Source: a virus. Taken from it: a stretch of 64,000 nucleotides of DNA. The translations under genes were made by a program, and so were the position numbers. Of the stretch, positions 58,988 to 64,000 are shown piece by piece. Where the stretch lies: positions 1 through 64,000 of IMG/VR virus record IMGVR_UViG_3300022744_000003. One strand, written 5' to 3'. The notes beneath the pieces are model-generated. The model was given only the letters and a program-made list of their open reading frames with translations, was not told the origin of the DNA and searched no databases. Positions within the stretch are counted from its first letter, which is position 1; every line of letters begins with the position of its first letter.

Positions 58988-61129
58988 GTGCCCTTGCCCT
59001 GGGGCTTCACCGAGACCTACACGGCCGCTGGGACGTGGCAGGTCGTCTTCACCGCGCCCGGGGGCTCTCCCACGGACGTGACCGTCTTCCGCGGTGCCAA
59101 GACGATCATCGACTCCTACTCCTACCTCGACCCCTTCGGGGAGGGCGTGGCCACGCTCAAGTTCCCCTCGATCACCGGGTACGACGACCTCGAGGGGCCG
59201 GACCTGCAGCGCTGGCTCACCGAGGAGTCCAACGTCGACATCTACTGGGTGCCGGCCGTCGCGGGCACCGACCTGATCAGCCCGATCACGGGCCGCAAGG
59301 ATCTGTCCTACGGCACCGAGCAGATCCTCTGGGAGGGCTTCGTCGCGAGCCTGGACATCGAGGAGACCGACACCGGCTCGGTCCTGGTGGTGAGCTGCCA
59401 GGGCGCGCTGCTGCAGGCCGACCGCTACCTGTCCAAGCCCGCCTTCCCGCCGAGGCCCTTCACCTACGAGTACATGATCCGGACCGAGCTCAGCCCCGTC
59501 CGGCGGCCGAACATGCGGACCAAGGGGCTGCGCATCGCCTGGCCCAAGGGCTGGAAGAAGCGCCAGCCGGGCGGCCAGACCACCCGCTTCACCGCGGTGG
59601 GGGCCAAGCCGGGGGAGAACATCACCGGCTACTCCTCGCGCGACACCGGCTCCTGGGACCGGGCGGGAACGGGCTTCATCCAGTCCCTGCTCGCGGTGAT
59701 GTTCACCCAGGAGGACTCCGGGGTCACCCCGGGCAACCAGTGGCGGCTGATGAACTACCCGGGCCGACAGCCCGTGCTCGAGGTGCGCGACCGCTTCCGC
59801 GACGCGGACTTCTCGTTCTGGTACGGGCAGGTCGGGGTCAAGACCGGCCGGCTCACCCGCGACTCCACCCAGAAGGCCAACGTCTACTACGGCGAGGGCA
59901 CCGGCGTGGACGGCACGGGCTGGCGCAACGCGGTCATCTCCAACGACGGCTCCCGCACGGACTACGCCCCGCTGGCCTGGCACCCCACGGTCTACCCGAC
60001 CCAGGAGAACCAGTTCTACGACAAGACCCGGATGGTCTACGAGACCTACCAGCGGTTCGGCTCCGGCTTCGACCAGAAGTCCGCCACGGGGGCTGCGGTC
60101 AAGCAGCTCGCGCGCGACAGCGACCCGGGCTGGGTGGGGCAGATCGTGGTGAGCGTCGACCCCACGACGCTGCTGAGCCGGTGGCAGATCCGCGCCGGCA
60201 TGACGATGCTGCTCAAGGGCTTCATGGGCACGGGCGAGACCGGGATGCGCTTCCACATCGCGGAGGTCACCGCGAACCCCGAGTCGGGCTCGGTCACCCT
60301 CAAGGTCGACACGAAGTTCCGCGACCTGCTCACGCTCGAGGAGGTCATCCAGCGCACGCGCGACCCGCTCACCCCGAGCCGGATGCTCCAGATCAACAAG
60401 CGCACGGTGCTCGTCGAGGACGTCATGGCGCCCTGGGACTACACCGCGGGCTCGGGCTTCATGCCCAAGCGGGCCAAGGACATGATCCACAACGCCGGGG
60501 CCAAGGGCAGCCTGTTCCCCTGGACGGCGCTCGCCCAGCAGCTCCCGCCCAAGAACTACCCGCAGTACTACGTCCGGGTGAAGACCGGCGCGTCGAGCCC
60601 GAACGGGCGCTGGGCGTTCTTCCCCATCCTGATGAGCCAGGCCGGGACCATCCGGCGCATCGAGATGGTGGCCTTCGACAAGAACGGGAACATCGACACC
60701 ACGGCCGAGTTCCACCTCTCGCTGTACTACGCCAACGCCACCCTGACCTACATGCCGATGTCGAACGGGCAGCACAGCGCCTTCTTCCCCGGGGCGTTCG
60801 AGAGCACCCAGCCCAACGGCGCGCCCTGGCCGGCGGGCAACTTCTTCGGCCCGGACGAGTCCTACATCGTGGGCTGGGGCAACTACGAGAACCGGGCCGG
60901 CTACTCCCCGGGCTCGTACGCCGCGGGCAACCCCAAGACCGGCAAGCTCGTCGACGAGGGAGGCTTCTCCTTCAACTGCACGAACAACCCGAACTGGATC
61001 GTCTCGGCCAAGCCGGGGCAGAAGCAGCCCACCAGCGCGATCACGATCCACGCCGCGATCTACGCCACCTCGAGCAACCCGAACACCTACTTCCTCGGGC
61101 GCATGTTCCGGCAGGAGCCGGGGACGTGA
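58988..61129 (+). CDS. large minor tail protein (Tal-like, 713 aa)
   Basis: AGGAGG RBS. Call rests on size and position in the tail-tip block. The antisense ORF 58976..61051 is a shadow ORF. Confidence 0.6.
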   Translation: MPLPWGFTETYTAAGTWQVVFTAPGGSPTDVTVFRGAKTIIDSYSYLDPFGEGVATLKFPSITGYDDLEGPDLQRWLTEESNVDIYWVPAVAGTDLISPITGRKDLSYGTEQILWEGFVASLDIEETDTGSVLVVSCQGALLQADRYLSKPAFPPRPFTYEYMIRTELSPVRRPNMRTKGLRIAWPKGWKKRQPGGQTTRFTAVGAKPGENITGYSSRDTGSWDRAGTGFIQSLLAVMFTQEDSGVTPGNQWRLMNYPGRQPVLEVRDRFRDADFSFWYGQVGVKTGRLTRDSTQKANVYYGEGTGVDGTGWRNAVISNDGSRTDYAPLAWHPTVYPTQENQFYDKTRMVYETYQRFGSGFDQKSATGAAVKQLARDSDPGWVGQIVVSVDPTTLLSRWQIRAGMTMLLKGFMGTGETGMRFHIAEVTANPESGSVTLKVDTKFRDLLTLEEVIQRTRDPLTPSRMLQINKRTVLVEDVMAPWDYTAGSGFMPKRAKDMIHNAGAKGSLFPWTALAQQLPPKNYPQYYVRVKTGASSPNGRWAFFPILMSQAGTIRRIEMVAFDKNGNIDTTAEFHLSLYYANATLTYMPMSNGQHSAFFPGAFESTQPNGAPWPAGNFFGPDESYIVGWGNYENRAGYSPGSYAAGNPKTGKLVDEGGFSFNCTNNPNWIVSAKPGQKQPTSAITIHAAIYATSSNPNTYFLGRMFRQEPGT

Positions 61130-62358
61130 CGATCACGCGCTGGAGCGACTGGTACCAGGCCCCCGACGAGGTCCTGGTCTACGACGCCACCACCGCGACC
61201 GGCGAGCGCTGGGGGCTGGCCGACCTGGACGTGCCCGGGGACGCGAAGGGCGTGAGCACCTCGGGCGTCTTCGGCGACGGCGTCCCGGCGGTGACGATCG
61301 ACTACATGTTCGAGCAGGCCCGCCTGGGCAACCGCGTGTCCGGCGACACCTGGAGCTCGTTCCTGGGGACCTACCAGCAGGTGCTGCCCGAGGACATGGT
61401 CATCGTCTCGAACCTCGCCTGGGACGAGTTCGGCGGCTGGGGGTCCGGTACCGCCGGGAAGGCCGGGAGCAGGACGGACTACATCTCGGGCTCCTTCCCC
61501 TTCGGGGACCCGTCCGTCCTGCACATCTGCGAGACCGAGCTCTGGACCGTCCAGGGGTGGTTCTTCCCCGGGTACGACATCGGCAACGTCAACGCGCGCC
61601 GCGACGCCACCTTCGCGCTCATCGACCCGCTGCTCGGCCCGGACGAGTACATCGTCGAGTACGAGTCCGCCCAGGCCATCTGGACCAGCGGGGCGTCGAA
61701 CCCCAGCGCGCGGATCATCTCCAGCGAGATCGACATCTCGATCGCCGGCGTTGCCACGAACACCACGGGCTTCACCGCGGACATCCGGCTCTACAACCCC
61801 GCACCCTTCGCGGTCTCCCCGTACGTCCCGTTCTTCGACCACCAGACCTTCCTGCACAACCACTCCTCGGCGGCCGCCAGCGTGGCCGTGTCCCCGAGCA
61901 CCTCGGAGGTCGTCACGCTCAGCGTCGCAGGCCTCCCCACCACGGCCCCCGAGCTCACCGCCGACCAGATCCCGCACGGCGGCTTCTTCCCCACCCAGGC
62001 GGACGTGCGCGCGTGGCTCCAGGACCCCGCGCACAACTTCTCCCGCGCGCTGTCGGTCAACCACGCGGGCGCGCTGGCCGGGGCATGGGACTACCAGGCC
62101 TCGATGTCGAGGCTCCTCAATCAGCAGTTCGTCAACGCCGCCCTGGTCGCCTCCCGGACCGTGCTGCGCCCGAGCGCCATGCGCTTCCTCATCGCGCGCG
62201 ACATCGAGCCCCCCTTGCGCCTGGGGCAGCGGGACGACACCTTGGGGAAGGTGGAGGCCGGCGCACGGATCACCGGGCAGCCCGGGCAGAACCCCCGCAG
62301 CGCCCAGTACCAGACCGCGCCCAGGATCACCCCGACCGGAGGGAACACCTACCGATGA
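61126..62358 (+). CDS. minor tail protein (410 aa)
   Basis: GTGA overlap start. Sensible tail of ORF 59035..62358. Confidence 0.55.
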   Translation: MTITRWSDWYQAPDEVLVYDATTATGERWGLADLDVPGDAKGVSTSGVFGDGVPAVTIDYMFEQARLGNRVSGDTWSSFLGTYQQVLPEDMVIVSNLAWDEFGGWGSGTAGKAGSRTDYISGSFPFGDPSVLHICETELWTVQGWFFPGYDIGNVNARRDATFALIDPLLGPDEYIVEYESAQAIWTSGASNPSARIISSEIDISIAGVATNTTGFTADIRLYNPAPFAVSPYVPFFDHQTFLHNHSSAAASVAVSPSTSEVVTLSVAGLPTTAPELTADQIPHGGFFPTQADVRAWLQDPAHNFSRALSVNHAGALAGAWDYQASMSRLLNQQFVNAALVASRTVLRPSAMRFLIARDIEPPLRLGQRDDTLGKVEAGARITGQPGQNPRSAQYQTAPRITPTGGNTYR

Positions 62359-63893
62359 GCGCCGTTCTTGGCGAGCCGTACACCTACCGGTTCATCGACT
62401 CCACCCTGGACCCCGGGGCCGGGTACGACCACGTCGCCCGATGCGCGGTCAAGGTCTCGGGAACCCGCTTCGTGCTCGGACGGGTGGTCGACGGGGAGTT
62501 CCGTCTCGCCTGCCTGGACTCGGACGGCGACCTGATCGGGACGTACACCTGGAGCTCGTACATCTCCGGCCAGGTGTTCGAGGAGTGCGACTTCGTCCTC
62601 CTCCCGATCGCCAGCGGGACCTTCGCCGTGGTCGTTCGCCAGTACAACCTCAACGTGTCGGGCGGCACGCTCACCGCCAGGACCCGCGTGGTGATCGTGA
62701 CCTGGACCGGGGCCGCCCCGACGCTGGGGACGCCGTACGACCTGACCAACGCGAGCCCGGCCAACGCCTACGACTGGTACGCCTACGCCTCGAGCAGCGG
62801 CCACATCCTGATCAACCGGCTGCACTACACCGCCGGGGTGGCCGACGCCGAGGACTACCTCACGCTCCAGGTGTCCGGCACCACCGTCTCGGCCGGCGGC
62901 ACGGCCCCGGTCGCCACGCTGCGCCGGTCCGGCTGGGGCGCGGTCAACCTGGGCGGGGGCTACTGGGTCGACGGCACCGAGGTCACCGGCGGCGGGGTGA
63001 AGATCCAGCTCGTGCAGATCACCGGGGCGACGGTGACCGTGCACTCGGAGGCCGCGATCACCGGGTCGACGGCCGACTGGTACTGGGACTCGGGCGGAGC
63101 GAGCGGGCTGGTCGCGGTGAACGCGTCCACCCTGGCGACCACGGTGGTCATCCCCTCGAGGTCGGGGACCACGCCCACCTACACCTCGTTCGCCGCCGCC
63201 GTCAGGATGGGCCACGGCGACGGGACCGCGCTCATCGACGGGTACCAGGTGGGCGTGGCGGGGGAGACGGCCAGCGTCGCGGACGGCGGGGACCCGCCGA
63301 CCTACACGGACGAGGCGGGCGACGCGCGCCTCTACGTGGGGAGCGTGGCCGTCTCGAGCACCGCCCGGCTCACCTTCGACTCGACCCGGACGCGCCGCGG
63401 CTGGTCGACCGTCCAGCTCACGGCGGATCTGATCATCCTGGCCTGGGCCGAGCGGGCCCAGGACGGAACGGACAGCCTCATCCAGATCCAGCCGGTCATC
63501 CCGGCCGTGGATACGACAGGAGTCGACGACGTGACCAGTGTGCTGACCAACTACCTCGGCGGGGACATCCTCCAGCGGTACTTCATCGACCAGCCCTCCT
63601 ACCTCGCGCTGCTGACCGCCGACCCCACCGCGCTGGGGTCGACCGCAAGCGAGGTCGTGGGCGGCGACTACGAGCGCCTGCCGTGCGTCTGGAGCGTCCC
63701 GGGGACCAAGACCATCGGGCTGGGCGCGCTGCGCTTCATCAACATGCCCGCGTGCACGGTCTCCTGGCTCGCGGTCATGGACGCCGCGGTCGGCGGGCAC
63801 ATGCTCACCGCCAAGGCCCTCCCGGCGCCCATCCCGGTGGTGGACTCGGCAGAGTTCCGGGTGGGGGCCAACGCCATCGTCCTCACGCTGTGA
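62355..63893 (+). CDS. minor tail/fibre protein (512 aa) with C-terminal small fibre module
   Basis: ATGA overlap start. The C-terminus LALLTADPTALGSTASEVVGGDYERLP...SWLAVMDAAVGGHML resembles 55208..55645. Confidence 0.6.
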   Translation: MSAVLGEPYTYRFIDSTLDPGAGYDHVARCAVKVSGTRFVLGRVVDGEFRLACLDSDGDLIGTYTWSSYISGQVFEECDFVLLPIASGTFAVVVRQYNLNVSGGTLTARTRVVIVTWTGAAPTLGTPYDLTNASPANAYDWYAYASSSGHILINRLHYTAGVADAEDYLTLQVSGTTVSAGGTAPVATLRRSGWGAVNLGGGYWVDGTEVTGGGVKIQLVQITGATVTVHSEAAITGSTADWYWDSGGASGLVAVNASTLATTVVIPSRSGTTPTYTSFAAAVRMGHGDGTALIDGYQVGVAGETASVADGGDPPTYTDEAGDARLYVGSVAVSSTARLTFDSTRTRRGWSTVQLTADLIILAWAERAQDGTDSLIQIQPVIPAVDTTGVDDVTSVLTNYLGGDILQRYFIDQPSYLALLTADPTALGSTASEVVGGDYERLPCVWSVPGTKTIGLGALRFINMPACTVSWLAVMDAAVGGHMLTAKALPAPIPVVDSAEFRVGANAIVLTL

Positions 63894-63921
63894 GGCTGGA
63901 CGGGGACCGGAGGATGGGGGC

Positions 63922-64000
63922 ATGAACCAGTTCATCCTGTGGGTGAGCCAGCTCCTGGCAGCCCTGCGTCTGGTCTGGGAGAAGATCCCCAAGCCCCTCC
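63922..64000 (+). CDS. hypothetical protein, 3' partial (hydrophobic N-terminus)
   Basis: GGAGG lies 9 nt upstream. Translates as MNQFILWVSQLLAALRLVWEKIPKPL and runs off the window. Confidence 0.4.
   Translation, partial: MNQFILWVSQLLAALRLVWEKIPKPL

Noticed and set aside
1-64000. Prophage boundaries, integrase/excisionase, a CI-like repressor, or transposase/IS elements.
   Set aside because: No tyrosine or serine recombinase, transposase motifs or flanking direct repeats were seen in any frame. The window looks like contiguous phage DNA with no host genes.

Overview
High-GC (by eye about two-thirds G+C) actinobacteriophage-type genome segment, siphovirus-like, almost fully coding. No integrase, repressor or attachment-site pair is recognisable in the window. 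There are four blocks. (1) + strand 1..20064 holds virion genes: basic Gly/Ala-rich proteins, scaffold, DUF2190-type decoration protein, lambda-E-like major capsid protein, an embedded block of fibre-like genes including a 1060-aa protein with about 41 tandem 18-aa repeats, head-tail connectors, major tail protein, chaperones and tape measure. (2) - strand 34956..20119 holds about 37 small, translationally coupled early genes of mostly unknown function, including an AAA+ ATPase. It is convergent with the tape measure gene across a bidirectional terminator. (3) + strand 35280..51473 holds replication, nucleic-acid and counter-defence genes: DnaB, primase, gp32-like SSB, Pol III alpha, two HNH nucleases, RtcB plus a Pol-beta-type nucleotidyltransferase, a Cas4-like nuclease, a YegP-like protein, a DUF2829/Tad2-like protein, an Rpf-like transglycosylase and a minimal ATP-dependent ligase. 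Two tRNAs follow (Gly-UCC, Gln-CUG). (4) + strand 51962..64000 holds RuvC, WhiB, a TerS-like protein and tail-tip/fibre proteins. The most interesting signals are these. Two early-gene junctions share the heptamer CCC_CCU_G and need a +1 frame change. A giant basic 18-aa-repeat fibre protein shares a docking-like motif with a LamG fibre protein. Three tandem pairs of basic proteins share an N-terminal SAFGVxHK/ISK motif. Three intergenic units repeat the pattern motif plus two hairpins. An RNA-repair and anti-defence cluster is present. All functional calls come from motifs read by eye and recalled family consensus. No searches were run.
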